A DNA stretch of 54,634 nt from a virus (taxonomy: Duplodnaviria; Caudoviricetes). The position numbers were made by a program, and so were the translations under genes. The notes below the pieces were generated by a model. The model did not search any database. It saw only the letters and a list, made by a program, of their open reading frames with translations, and was not told where the DNA came from. Every line of letters starts with the position of its first letter. Position 1 is the stretch's first letter. The DNA lies in the IMG/VR virus record IMGVR_UViG_3300018080_003388, positions 1 through 54,634 of that record. One strand, 5' to 3'. This document shows positions 19,231 through 27,990 of this stretch, piece after piece.

Positions 19231-19617
19231 ATGAAAAAAGATAGTATACAAAGCTTAAAAGAACTTGCAGGAATCCAAGACAACTGTAATTGTTTTACGT
19301 TTGAAAACATAGTACATTCATTTAACAGAGGAAGACAATCAGTTAAACCTGGCGGTAGTTTAGGACCTGACAGGTTAGAACGAGCAGCAACATCCACAGG
19401 ACCAGGCTCAACAGTTTCTTTTGGAAATTCCAGTCAACCAAATAAAAACTATAATAAAACCAAGGATTTATTAAACCCTAGATTGTCCAAACAACTAGTA
19501 CCGTATCAGAATGCACTATTTAACGTAGTAAACAACCCTGAACTCATGGCAGAATTCCAAGAATTTATGAAACGTGCCGGCTCCAGGCAGTATAAAAGAG
19601 TAAATAATACACAGTGA
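19231..19617 (+). CDS. Hypothetical protein (LKELAGI motif)
   Basis: 128-aa ORF in operon. Confidence 0.6.
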   Translation: MKKDSIQSLKELAGIQDNCNCFTFENIVHSFNRGRQSVKPGGSLGPDRLERAATSTGPGSTVSFGNSSQPNKNYNKTKDLLNPRLSKQLVPYQNALFNVVNNPELMAEFQEFMKRAGSRQYKRVNNTQ

Positions 19618-19621
19618 CACA

Positions 19622-20260
19622 ATGGTACTCAAAAGAAGCAGCGCGGTTTTTACAAAAGATTTATTCTTAACAACTCCTATAGAAGAGTCACTACTGGAAA
19701 CACTGCATCTAGATTCTTTTGATAAAGATGGGTATGAACTAGAAAGCGTTTTAGAACAGAGTTTTTATCAAGCAGATAACAGAATATTAAACACAAAGAT
19801 ACAAGATCATATATCAGATAGTAGTGTTTGGTTTTATGATGATGAAAAGTCTCAGAAAGGTCTGGTACTAGATCATTCCATGATTTTGACTAGATGCTCG
19901 TTTAGCGGGCAAGCACGTGAACAATTAATTAGGTTTTCAAAAAATCGTCCTATACTGAATAAATTACTAGCACTTCGTCCAAAATGGGGACTGGATTTTA
20001 GTCTTGATTTTGTAGAAGAGTGTCGTTGTTTTGAAGTAATACACATCGAACAAGATTTTCTAAACTATCAAGATGCACAAGAAGCAAAGTATCAACTAGA
20101 AAATATGATAGAATCTGTTGATTGGTTTCACGGTGCTAAGATGCTAAAACGAAATTTCAGCGAATGGTCAAGCTTAAACAGTGATGATCAATCAGACTAT
20201 AAAGCTAGATATTTTGGATTTTATAGAGCATTCGACAACTTAAAAGCATTCAACTATTGA
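19622..20260 (+). CDS. Hypothetical protein
   Basis: 212-aa ORF. Confidence 0.7.
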   Translation: MVLKRSSAVFTKDLFLTTPIEESLLETLHLDSFDKDGYELESVLEQSFYQADNRILNTKIQDHISDSSVWFYDDEKSQKGLVLDHSMILTRCSFSGQAREQLIRFSKNRPILNKLLALRPKWGLDFSLDFVEECRCFEVIHIEQDFLNYQDAQEAKYQLENMIESVDWFHGAKMLKRNFSEWSSLNSDDQSDYKARYFGFYRAFDNLKAFNY

Positions 20261-20285
20261 CATAGTTCTATACTTGTCATATAAT
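20257..20285 (+). promoter_or_regulatory. Consensus sigma70 promoter TTGACA-N17-TATAAT
   Basis: Perfect boxes heading the DNA polymerase operon. Confidence 0.88.
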
Positions 20286-20310
20286 TTCACTACTTAACAA
20301 AGAGGTGAAT

Positions 20311-20571
20311 ATGAGCGATAGAACTTATGGTCCAGAAGAAAAATCCAAGCTTGAGCGTCTTATCAATGAAGGTGTAATTGTTCTACAAGAAGTAGAAGAC
20401 TTGCAACAAGGTCTAAAAGATACTGTGAAATCAGTAGCAGAGGAACTAGACATCAAACCTGCACTTATAAACAAAGCAATAAAAATTGCCAAGAATCGAG
20501 ATTGGGACAAGTATAACGACGAGTTCGAAGATCTTGAAACTATTGTTGTAACTGTTGGCAGAGACAAGTGA
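20311..20571 (+). CDS. Small dsDNA-binding protein (T4 DsbA/GapR-like)
   Basis: Coiled coil followed by VAEELDIKPALINKAIKI; SD gaggtg. Confidence 0.55.
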   Translation: MSDRTYGPEEKSKLERLINEGVIVLQEVEDLQQGLKDTVKSVAEELDIKPALINKAIKIAKNRDWDKYNDEFEDLETIVVTVGRDK

Positions 20572-20849
20572 AAAAATTGATTTATTTTTGGATAGACAGT
20601 TATAGATCAGATCCCACGGCTTTTAAGTTTGAAGTTGTGAGTTTTGTTTTTACAGTCTGGGCGTCTATGAGTCTAGCATTGAACGCTGATAATCCTAGTA
20701 TGGTAACAGTCTATCCTTTATTTTTAATAGGGTCCGTAACGCAGTTTATAGCTAGCTTGCGAAGAAGAGCAGCGTGGATCGCGTTACTTACATTTTATTT
20801 TGCATGTATTAATATCTTTGGCTTTTTTAGAGCCATAGCGTGGATTTAG
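20568..20849 (+). CDS. Small 3-TM membrane protein
   Basis: Three hydrophobic segments; GTGA overlap. Confidence 0.65.
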   Translation: MKKLIYFWIDSYRSDPTAFKFEVVSFVFTVWASMSLALNADNPSMVTVYPLFLIGSVTQFIASLRRRAAWIALLTFYFACINIFGFFRAIAWI

Positions 20850-20859
20850 AGGACGTTGC

Positions 20860-23544
20860 ATGAGTTATGTTGACGGTTTTTTTGATAGAGAACATGACAT
20901 TATAAAGATAGTTGAAAGAAAGGATGGTAACAGAGTATATCGAGAGTATCCTGTTAAATATACATTTTACTATGAAGATCCAAAAGGAAAACACAAGAGC
21001 GTTTATAATACTCCTTTATCAAGAATTATCTGCAAAAACACCAAAGATTTTCGAAAAGAACTGGCTATCAATAAGAACAAAAAGTTATATGAAGCGGATG
21101 TAAATCCGGTATTTCAGTGTCTTAGTGAAAACTACTTGAATCAAGATTCACCTAAGCTGAATATAGCATTTTGGGATATAGAAACTGATTTTGATCCCGA
21201 AGCCGGATTTGCTCAGCCTAGTGATCCGTTTATGCCTATTACTGCGATTTCTGTTCATCTACAGTGGATAGAAACTTTGATAACACTAGCGATTCCTCCC
21301 AAGGGAATGAGCATGGAAGAAGCTAGAGAATGTGTGTCAGAGTGGGGAGATCAAGTTGTTTTATTTGAGAATGATCAACATGGAAATGGTGAAAAGCAGA
21401 TGCTTTCTACATTTTTAGATCTTATCGCAGATGCAGATATAATAAGCGGGTGGAACTCAGAAGGATATGATGTTCCTTATACGGTTAATCGTATAAGCAG
21501 AGTACTAAGCAAAGATGATACCAGACGTTTTTGTTTATGGGATCAGTTGCCTAAAAAACGAGAATTTGAGAAATTTGGGAAAGCAACTGAAACCTATGAT
21601 TTTCTAGGACGTGTCCATCTAGATAGTCTTGAACTATACAGAGAATATACCTATGATGAACGCCACTCATATAGACTAGATGCTATAGGAGAAATCGAGA
21701 TAGGAGAAAACAAAACTGTTTATGAAGGCACACTAGATCAATTGTATAATAATGATTTCAAGACCTTTATTGAATATAATAGACAAGACGTTGCATTGCT
21801 AGATAAACTAGACAAGAAACTCAAATTTATTGACTTAGCTAATGAACTAGCGCATGCTAATACTGTGTTATTGCCTACAACACTAGGCTCAGTTGCAGTA
21901 ACTGAACAAGCAATTATAAATGAGGCACATCGCAGAGGCATGCATGTTCCTAATAGACCTAAAAAATGTGAAGGGTCTACTCAGTCAGCAGGTGCATATG
22001 TAGCTTATCCTAAAAAAGGCTTACACAAGTGGATAGGATCTATAGACTTGAACTCACTATATCCTAGTGTGATACGTGCATTAAACATGGCTCCGGAGAC
22101 AATCATCGGACAATTACGTCCTGAATACACTGACAAAATGATAGAAGATTCTATGTTAATGAAAAAATCATTCGCAGAATCGTGGGAAGGTCATTTTTCT
22201 AGTCTTGAATATAAAGCTGTTATGGAACAACGAAAGGACATGCCAATATGTATTGATTGGGAAACAGGAGAATCAGAAGTATTAAGTGCTGCTCAAGTCT
22301 ATAAATTAATATTTGAGAGCTATAAACCTTGGATGCTTAGCGCAAACGGCACTATATTCACTACAGAGTTTGAAGGTATTATACCGGGTATTCTTAAAAG
22401 ATGGTATCAAGAAAGAAAAGATCTTAAAAAGATGAAAGAAAAAGCCGAAGAAGCTGGGCTAGCAGAAGAGGTTGCGTTCTGGGACAAGCGCCAGCATGTG
22501 AAAAAAATCAATCTTAATTCACTGTATGGTAGTTTATTGAATTCGGGTTGTAGATTTTTTGATAAAAGAATAGGTCAATCTACTACGCTAACAGGACGAC
22601 AGATTGTAAAGCATATGAGCGCCGAAGTTAATAAGATAATAACAGGTGAATATGATCATGTTGGAAAATCTATTATATACGGTGATACAGATTCCACTTA
22701 CTTCTCTGCATATCCTGTTCTCAAAGATGACATAGAACAAGGCAAAGTGCCTTGGACTAAAGAAAATATATCATTGTTGTATGATCAGATCAGTGATCAA
22801 GTAAATGATTCATTTGTGAAGTTTATGAAACAAGCATTTCATTGTCCCAAATCCAGGGCTGATGTTATACGAGCAGGTAGAGAAATAGTTGCTGAATCAG
22901 GGTTGTACATCACTAAGAAAAGATATGCAGCATTGGTCTACGACGAAGAGGGATATAGAAAAGACATAGACGGTAAGCCTGGTAAGATAAAAGCCATGGG
23001 ATTGGATCTAAGAAGAAGCGATACTCCTGTTTATATGCAGAATTTTCTAAAAGAAATACTTTTAATGGTTCTAACAGGAAAACAAGAGCAAGAAGTAACA
23101 CAAGCTATATATGAGTTCAGAAAAAGTTTCAAAGATATGCTAGGATGGGAAAAAGGCTCACCTAAGCGAGCTAATAACATAAGTCATTTTAGGCGCTTGG
23201 AAGAAAAACAAGGTAAAGCCAGAATGCCTGGTCATGTAAGAGCTAGCTTAAATTGGAACAACCTTAAAAAAATGAACAGTGACAAGTACTCTTTGGAAAT
23301 CGTAGATGGCATGAAAGTCATAGTTTGCAAACTCAAGCAGAATCCATTGAATTTTACATCTATTGCTTATCCTACAGATCAATTAAGATTGCCTGAATGG
23401 TTTAAAGAACTTCCATTCGATCATGAAGCTATGGAAGAGACTATCATTGATAACAAAATAAAAAACCTCATAGGTGTTTTGAATTATGATCTAGAGTCCA
23501 CTAAGTGCCATACTACGTTCGGATCTTTGTTTGATTTCGTATAA
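20860..23544 (+). CDS. Family B DNA polymerase
   Basis: Exo DIET and GWNSEGYD; pol DLNSLYPS, KINLNSLYG, YGDTDS, KKRYA. Confidence 0.97.
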   Translation: MSYVDGFFDREHDIIKIVERKDGNRVYREYPVKYTFYYEDPKGKHKSVYNTPLSRIICKNTKDFRKELAINKNKKLYEADVNPVFQCLSENYLNQDSPKLNIAFWDIETDFDPEAGFAQPSDPFMPITAISVHLQWIETLITLAIPPKGMSMEEARECVSEWGDQVVLFENDQHGNGEKQMLSTFLDLIADADIISGWNSEGYDVPYTVNRISRVLSKDDTRRFCLWDQLPKKREFEKFGKATETYDFLGRVHLDSLELYREYTYDERHSYRLDAIGEIEIGENKTVYEGTLDQLYNNDFKTFIEYNRQDVALLDKLDKKLKFIDLANELAHANTVLLPTTLGSVAVTEQAIINEAHRRGMHVPNRPKKCEGSTQSAGAYVAYPKKGLHKWIGSIDLNSLYPSVIRALNMAPETIIGQLRPEYTDKMIEDSMLMKKSFAESWEGHFSSLEYKAVMEQRKDMPICIDWETGESEVLSAAQVYKLIFESYKPWMLSANGTIFTTEFEGIIPGILKRWYQERKDLKKMKEKAEEAGLAEEVAFWDKRQHVKKINLNSLYGSLLNSGCRFFDKRIGQSTTLTGRQIVKHMSAEVNKIITGEYDHVGKSIIYGDTDSTYFSAYPVLKDDIEQGKVPWTKENISLLYDQISDQVNDSFVKFMKQAFHCPKSRADVIRAGREIVAESGLYITKKRYAALVYDEEGYRKDIDGKPGKIKAMGLDLRRSDTPVYMQNFLKEILLMVLTGKQEQEVTQAIYEFRKSFKDMLGWEKGSPKRANNISHFRRLEEKQGKARMPGHVRASLNWNNLKKMNSDKYSLEIVDGMKVIVCKLKQNPLNFTSIAYPTDQLRLPEWFKELPFDHEAMEETIIDNKIKNLIGVLNYDLESTKCHTTFGSLFDFV

Positions 23545-23549
23545 CATAG

Positions 23550-23578
23550 TTGACATTCTTCGGGTTTTTTTATATAAT
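23550..23578 (+). promoter_or_regulatory. Consensus sigma70 promoter TTGACA-N17-TATAAT
   Basis: Perfect boxes. Confidence 0.88.
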
Positions 23579-23597
23579 TAACAAAAGGAGACAAATA

Positions 23598-24332
23598 GTG
23601 AAAGATATTTTACTTGATATAGTAACACATACTCATTCTTTGGGATTTTTATCTCTGATAAAAATATCCGAAAATGAAGACAAAACACAAACAACTATTG
23701 AGTCAATGGCCGAAGATCGTTCGGTTATACTACAAGGTTATTCTCATAAAATTGTTCCTGAGTTTAACGGCACATTTGGAATGGGTAACTTGGAAAAACT
23801 TAATCTCTTGGTTAAGAATCCTGAATATCGAGAACATGCCAAGATAGAAGTAGTAACAGGAACTAGGAATAACGAGATTGTTCCTACCCATATACATTTT
23901 GAAAATCAGCACGGTGATTTCCAAAATGATTATAGATTCATGAATAAGACTATTGTTGAGGAAAAAGTAAAGTCATTAAAATATAAAGGTTCCAAGTGGG
24001 ATATTGTATTTGAACCTAGTGCATCTGCGATTTCTAGAATGAAATTGCAGAGTGCAGTTCATACCGAAGAGCCTTTGTTTAATGTTAGAACTGAAAATAA
24101 AGATTTGATTTTTAGTTTCGGAGACCAAAATACTCACGCAGGACAGTTTGTTTTTGAGCAGAGCGTGAATGGTATTCTACACGGAACACAGTCTTGGCCG
24201 GTTGCTCAAGTACAGTCTATACTAAATCTAACTGGTCGAGTAGAAATGAGCATAACCAACGGAGCTATGCAGATATCAGTAGATAGCGGTTTGGTAAATT
24301 ATAATTATATACTTCCTGCGCACAGCAAATAA
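23598..24332 (+). CDS. Probable sliding clamp (gp45/PCNA-like)
   Basis: 244 aa alpha/beta protein directly after PolB with a PCNA-like C-terminal YILPA; GTG start with SD aggag; clamp loader present in window. Confidence 0.6.
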   Translation: MKDILLDIVTHTHSLGFLSLIKISENEDKTQTTIESMAEDRSVILQGYSHKIVPEFNGTFGMGNLEKLNLLVKNPEYREHAKIEVVTGTRNNEIVPTHIHFENQHGDFQNDYRFMNKTIVEEKVKSLKYKGSKWDIVFEPSASAISRMKLQSAVHTEEPLFNVRTENKDLIFSFGDQNTHAGQFVFEQSVNGILHGTQSWPVAQVQSILNLTGRVEMSITNGAMQISVDSGLVNYNYILPAHSK

Positions 24333-24347
24333 TATACAGGCATTTAC

Positions 24348-24833
24348 ATGAAACAATTTGAATCTGATTTTTTTCTTATAGATAAAAATTTTTCGATTTC
24401 CAAAGAAAGGTTAAATACAGTTGCAAGAAATAAAAAAACTCTGTATGTTACGGGTATTCAAGATGTTAATACCGTAGTTAAATATTTTAACAAATATGAT
24501 TGTGATCATATTTATTTCGGAGCAAATGCTAGTTTTGATGTATGCTCCGAAGATGAATGTATTCATTGGGAATCGATGATTTTCTATTTTCTACGAAAAG
24601 ATATATTGTGTTCTCTAGAGATTCCGGTCGATGTTAATACGTACTTAACAGATTCAAATTTAAATGAGTTTCATAATTTTATTCCATTGATCAAAGTTTC
24701 TATACCGAACCTTCACTTGTGGAATTATAATACTTCTCTAAAATTAGACGATAGTGTTAAAGCTGATTCGTTTGAGTCAGCATGCTATAATGTATATCAA
24801 TCAGACGACAATAATTATGAATTGTTTGTATAA
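24348..24833 (+). CDS. Hypothetical protein in the DNA-modification cluster
   Basis: 161 aa; TLYVTG...HIYFGAN. Confidence 0.6.
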   Translation: MKQFESDFFLIDKNFSISKERLNTVARNKKTLYVTGIQDVNTVVKYFNKYDCDHIYFGANASFDVCSEDECIHWESMIFYFLRKDILCSLEIPVDVNTYLTDSNLNEFHNFIPLIKVSIPNLHLWNYNTSLKLDDSVKADSFESACYNVYQSDDNNYELFV

Positions 24834-24848
24834 GTATGGCATTTAATC

Positions 24849-25235
24849 ATGATCACCAAACACAGTAGTTATATTTTTATTACATTTCAACGAGAAGGTG
24901 TACACGCTTTTCCTCGAGCAGGATCTGATCCTAGGTTAGCAACAGGGTCTTGGGATGATGTTTCTTTTTTACAGTACCCGCATAGACATATCTTTCATTT
25001 TACTGTAAAGATACAAGTAGAACACAATGACCGAGAAATAGAATTCATACAGTTCAAGCGTCGTTGTGAAAGATTATATAGCGTGGACAACTGTCTAGAT
25101 CTAGATAACAAGTCTTGTGAAATGATTGCAGAAGAGTTAATTGACCAGATATCAAAATGGTACCCTGGCAGAGAAATAGAAGTAATAGTTTCCGAAGATG
25201 GTGAAAACGGATCTATTTTGAATTATGTACCATAA
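24849..25235 (+). CDS. dpdL: QueD/PTPS-paralogue T-fold protein, DpdL-like (candidate CDG decarboxylase)
   Basis: LQYPHRHIF fits the LxxxHRHxF signature; SCEMIAE and VSEDGENG T-fold elements. Confidence 0.7.
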   Translation: MITKHSSYIFITFQREGVHAFPRAGSDPRLATGSWDDVSFLQYPHRHIFHFTVKIQVEHNDREIEFIQFKRRCERLYSVDNCLDLDNKSCEMIAEELIDQISKWYPGREIEVIVSEDGENGSILNYVP

Positions 25236-25258
25236 AAATAAAAAGTGAGGTATACTAA

Positions 25259-25444
25259 ATGGCAAGTAAATTCCCCCCAGTAAGAAAAATTTTTGAAGAT
25301 CTTGAAAAATTCAAGGAATTTTGTACAACTCCCCCAGGCAGACCTTTTGACGAAGCGGACTTGTATAGAGAAGAATCTCCAGTGTGGAAAGAGTATAAAA
25401 AACACTTAGCGGTACAAAGAACCAAAGCTAGAAACAAACGGTAA
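25259..25444 (+). CDS. Small hypothetical protein
   Basis: 61 aa; SD gaggt. Confidence 0.65.
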   Translation: MASKFPPVRKIFEDLEKFKEFCTTPPGRPFDEADLYREESPVWKEYKKHLAVQRTKARNKR

Positions 25445-25448
25445 CAGT

Positions 25449-26534
25449 ATGAAACCTACGATCTGGATATTTTCAATTGAGCCTTTGGAAACACGTTATA
25501 CAGCACAGTGGCACAAATACTTCCCAATTCTTTTAGAAGACACATTGGGTAGTGATTTTAATATAGTACAGGTGGACGGTATTCAGCGAGAGACAGAGAC
25601 TTCTCAAGGAGCATTTCTTAATTTTGCAGATACTAATTATTGGAAAAGTTCTCAATTGTGTAATTTTTTAGATTTGCACAGTAAGGGCAAAACTTCCACT
25701 GATGACAAATTTATTTTTACTGATGCATGGAATACCAGTATACTGCAGTTGAAATATATCTCAGATTTGTTAGGTTATAATTGGCAAATACACGGATTGT
25801 TTCATGCCGGAAGCTGGGACAAGCAAGATTTTCTAGGAAGATCAATGGGATCATCTGCTTGGGTCAAACACACAGAAAAAGCATTATTTCATGCGCTGGA
25901 TTTTTCATATTTTGCTACAAATTTTCATATTAGAATGTTCGTGGATGGAATATTGGATGAAAAAGATCTAAGTCACGCTAGTAATAATAGTATAATTAGA
26001 TCAGGATGGCCCATGGAATATCTCTATGCTGAGCTAGAACCTTTTAAAAATGCAAAAAAGCAAGATATTATTCTGTTCCCGCATCGGAAAGCACCTGAGA
26101 AACAACTAGAAATTTTCTTGGATCTTAAATCCAGGTTAACAGAATACGAGTTTGTGGTTTGCCAAGATAAAAAGCTCTCTAAACAAGAATACCATGAGTT
26201 GCTGGCAAGATCTAAGATAGTGTTTTCAGCTAACTTGCAAGAAACGTTAGGAATATCTTCTTGTGCAGAAGGTCCCTTAATGGAATGTATTCCTCTTTGT
26301 CCTGATAGACTGAGTTATACAGAAATATTCGATGAGTATCCTGAATTTTTGTATCCCTCTCATTGGACCGAAGATTGGAATTGCTATGAACATAACAGAG
26401 CTAGTGTAATAAAACTAATACGCAATGCTATAGAAAACTATGATAGTATACTACCTTCTGTTAAAAGATATAATCGACGTACTTACGTGGAATACTTTCA
26501 TTCAGGTGAGTTACTGACCAGATTGATAAATTAA
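25449..26534 (+). CDS. GT-B fold glycosyltransferase (GT4-like)
   Basis: FPHRKAPEKQ, ETLGISSCAEG (E-x7/8-E-like), PLCPDRLSYTE. Confidence 0.75.
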   Translation: MKPTIWIFSIEPLETRYTAQWHKYFPILLEDTLGSDFNIVQVDGIQRETETSQGAFLNFADTNYWKSSQLCNFLDLHSKGKTSTDDKFIFTDAWNTSILQLKYISDLLGYNWQIHGLFHAGSWDKQDFLGRSMGSSAWVKHTEKALFHALDFSYFATNFHIRMFVDGILDEKDLSHASNNSIIRSGWPMEYLYAELEPFKNAKKQDIILFPHRKAPEKQLEIFLDLKSRLTEYEFVVCQDKKLSKQEYHELLARSKIVFSANLQETLGISSCAEGPLMECIPLCPDRLSYTEIFDEYPEFLYPSHWTEDWNCYEHNRASVIKLIRNAIENYDSILPSVKRYNRRTYVEYFHSGELLTRLIN

Positions 26535-26569
26535 TATTATGAAAAACTCAAGATGGACTGAGAAAATAG

Positions 26570-26598
26570 TTGACAATTATATTTTTTTAATGTATAGT
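26570..26598 (+). promoter_or_regulatory. Sigma70-like promoter TTGACA-N17-TATAGT
   Basis: Heads the 26631-29845 accessory run. Confidence 0.8.
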
Positions 26599-26630
26599 TA
26601 ATAACATGAAATCAAATATGAGTGTAAAAA

Positions 26631-26843
26631 ATGAAAATATCTGAAACAATTCTAGTAGCAACAATGATGACTGTTACTACAGTGGCTATTTCTGATGAAA
26701 TGAATCAATTTATCGAGGATTTTAATAAAGCTACTGCTAAACAAGATAGTACACAAGACAGGATATGTGACTTTCAGGAAGTAATGCAAGCAAATGGTGC
26801 AATTTCTATAGTAAAAGACTGCAATCCTGATGAGGATAAATGA
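26631..26843 (+). CDS. Small putative exported protein
   Basis: Signal-peptide-like N-terminus and two Cys. Confidence 0.55.
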   Translation: MKISETILVATMMTVTTVAISDEMNQFIEDFNKATAKQDSTQDRICDFQEVMQANGAISIVKDCNPDEDK

Positions 26844-27160
26844 AATTATTTATTGACGATACTAGAAATCCACCAAACGAAGACTATATGGTGGCAAGAT
26901 CTTACGATGAAGCTATTCATATACTGAGAAGTAAAGGGTGTCCTGAATATATTAGTTTCGATCATGATTTAGGAAGCACAGATAAGTCAGGGTATGAAAT
27001 AGCAAAATGGATCATAAATTCAGATCTAAATAAAAAAGGTTTGTTTATACCTAAAAATTTTAGATTTTCTGTTCATTCACAAAATCCAGTAGGTGCAGAA
27101 AATATACGAAGTGCATTAACATGTTATCTTAATGAAAGAGACAACAGACAAGGTTTATAA
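26840..27160 (+). CDS. Cyclic-phosphate-processing receiver-like domain protein
   Basis: LFIDDTR, ISFDHDLG, GYEIAKW and VHSQNPVG motifs. Confidence 0.8.
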   Translation: MKLFIDDTRNPPNEDYMVARSYDEAIHILRSKGCPEYISFDHDLGSTDKSGYEIAKWIINSDLNKKGLFIPKNFRFSVHSQNPVGAENIRSALTCYLNERDNRQGL

Positions 27161-27161
27161 A

Positions 27162-27719
27162 ATGATAGAGGTTAATCTAAGAAGAGCACATCTTATACAG
27201 CAAGATTTAAAAAATCTTATTACTGATCTTGAGTTTCAAGTAACTCAGGATCTAAAACTGAACTTGAGTGTTTTTGAGAAAAACATTGAAGATGTTCAAC
27301 AAAGAAAAAGAGAAGAACTTCTGAGTTTGGTCGATAGGATAAACTCTTTGTACTCAGTGTTATATGATATTAGATCTTTGATTAGCAAACGTAATCACTC
27401 ATCAGGAGTGGATAAACTATTAGCAGAAATTTGTATTTTAGATAAAAGAATCGATTTGTATCAGGAATTATCCACATCTGCGCCTGCTATGGATGTGAGC
27501 AGCATAGTTGATAACATGAATTATATAAAAGAGCACCAATCTTTTGGTTTATCCGTATCTTCAGGATCTTTAAACGAAAATGATATAAACAAATACGGAA
27601 AAAAGTTCAAAGAACTAAAAATACAAAAACGAGAATTGCAAGACAAGTTGCTATCTTTGAATGTAAATTCTTTGATAGTTATAGATGATGCGTTGTTAAA
27701 ACAAGAAGGCATTATTTAA
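27162..27719 (+). CDS. All-helical coiled-coil protein of unknown function
   Basis: Start placed at ATG 27162 (aaggt upstream); NLRRAHLIQ...RELQDKLLSLNVNSLI. Confidence 0.75.
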   Translation: MIEVNLRRAHLIQQDLKNLITDLEFQVTQDLKLNLSVFEKNIEDVQQRKREELLSLVDRINSLYSVLYDIRSLISKRNHSSGVDKLLAEICILDKRIDLYQELSTSAPAMDVSSIVDNMNYIKEHQSFGLSVSSGSLNENDINKYGKKFKELKIQKRELQDKLLSLNVNSLIVIDDALLKQEGII

Positions 27720-27726
27720 AGATTTT

Positions 27727-27935
27727 GGTAGTATACACTTGAAACTACCCGGATAAATTTAGAAAACGAGAACAGAAGATATATTTAAACTGGAGTCGAA
27801 CTATTCAAGGTTCATGATAAATTGCGTTATCTGATATATTTTTTTGTTTATTGCTAATCAGAGCGCACTTTTGATATTTGTTTTTGATCATTGAATGATG
27901 TTCATTGTTATTCTGTAACTCATCTAATTTATCCG
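27727..27935 (+). ncRNA. Candidate structured non-coding RNA with 7-nt periodic UG units
   Basis: Hairpin 27727-27749; long closing stem 27750-27777/27911-27935; inner stem 27823-27835/27857-27867; periodic (T)TG units. Strand is assumed from the flanking genes. Confidence 0.6.
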
Positions 27936-27990
27936 TTATATTTCACATTCTAAATTAGAATTTTATTATATAATTAATAAGGAGAAAAAA

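Noticed and set aside
20860-23544. Intein or intron in the DNA polymerase
   Set aside because: Motif spacing and the 894-aa length are ordinary, with no splicing or homing-endonuclease motifs.
23550-23597. TTG start of the clamp ORF (likewise TTG 34415 for the AAA ATPase)
   Set aside because: These fall within promoter sequence; SD-supported starts lie downstream.
27727-27935. tRNA, simple terminator or retron msr-msd as the explanation of the non-coding element
   Set aside because: No cloverleaf or T-loop; the 5' hairpin lacks a U tract; no reverse transcriptase is nearby.
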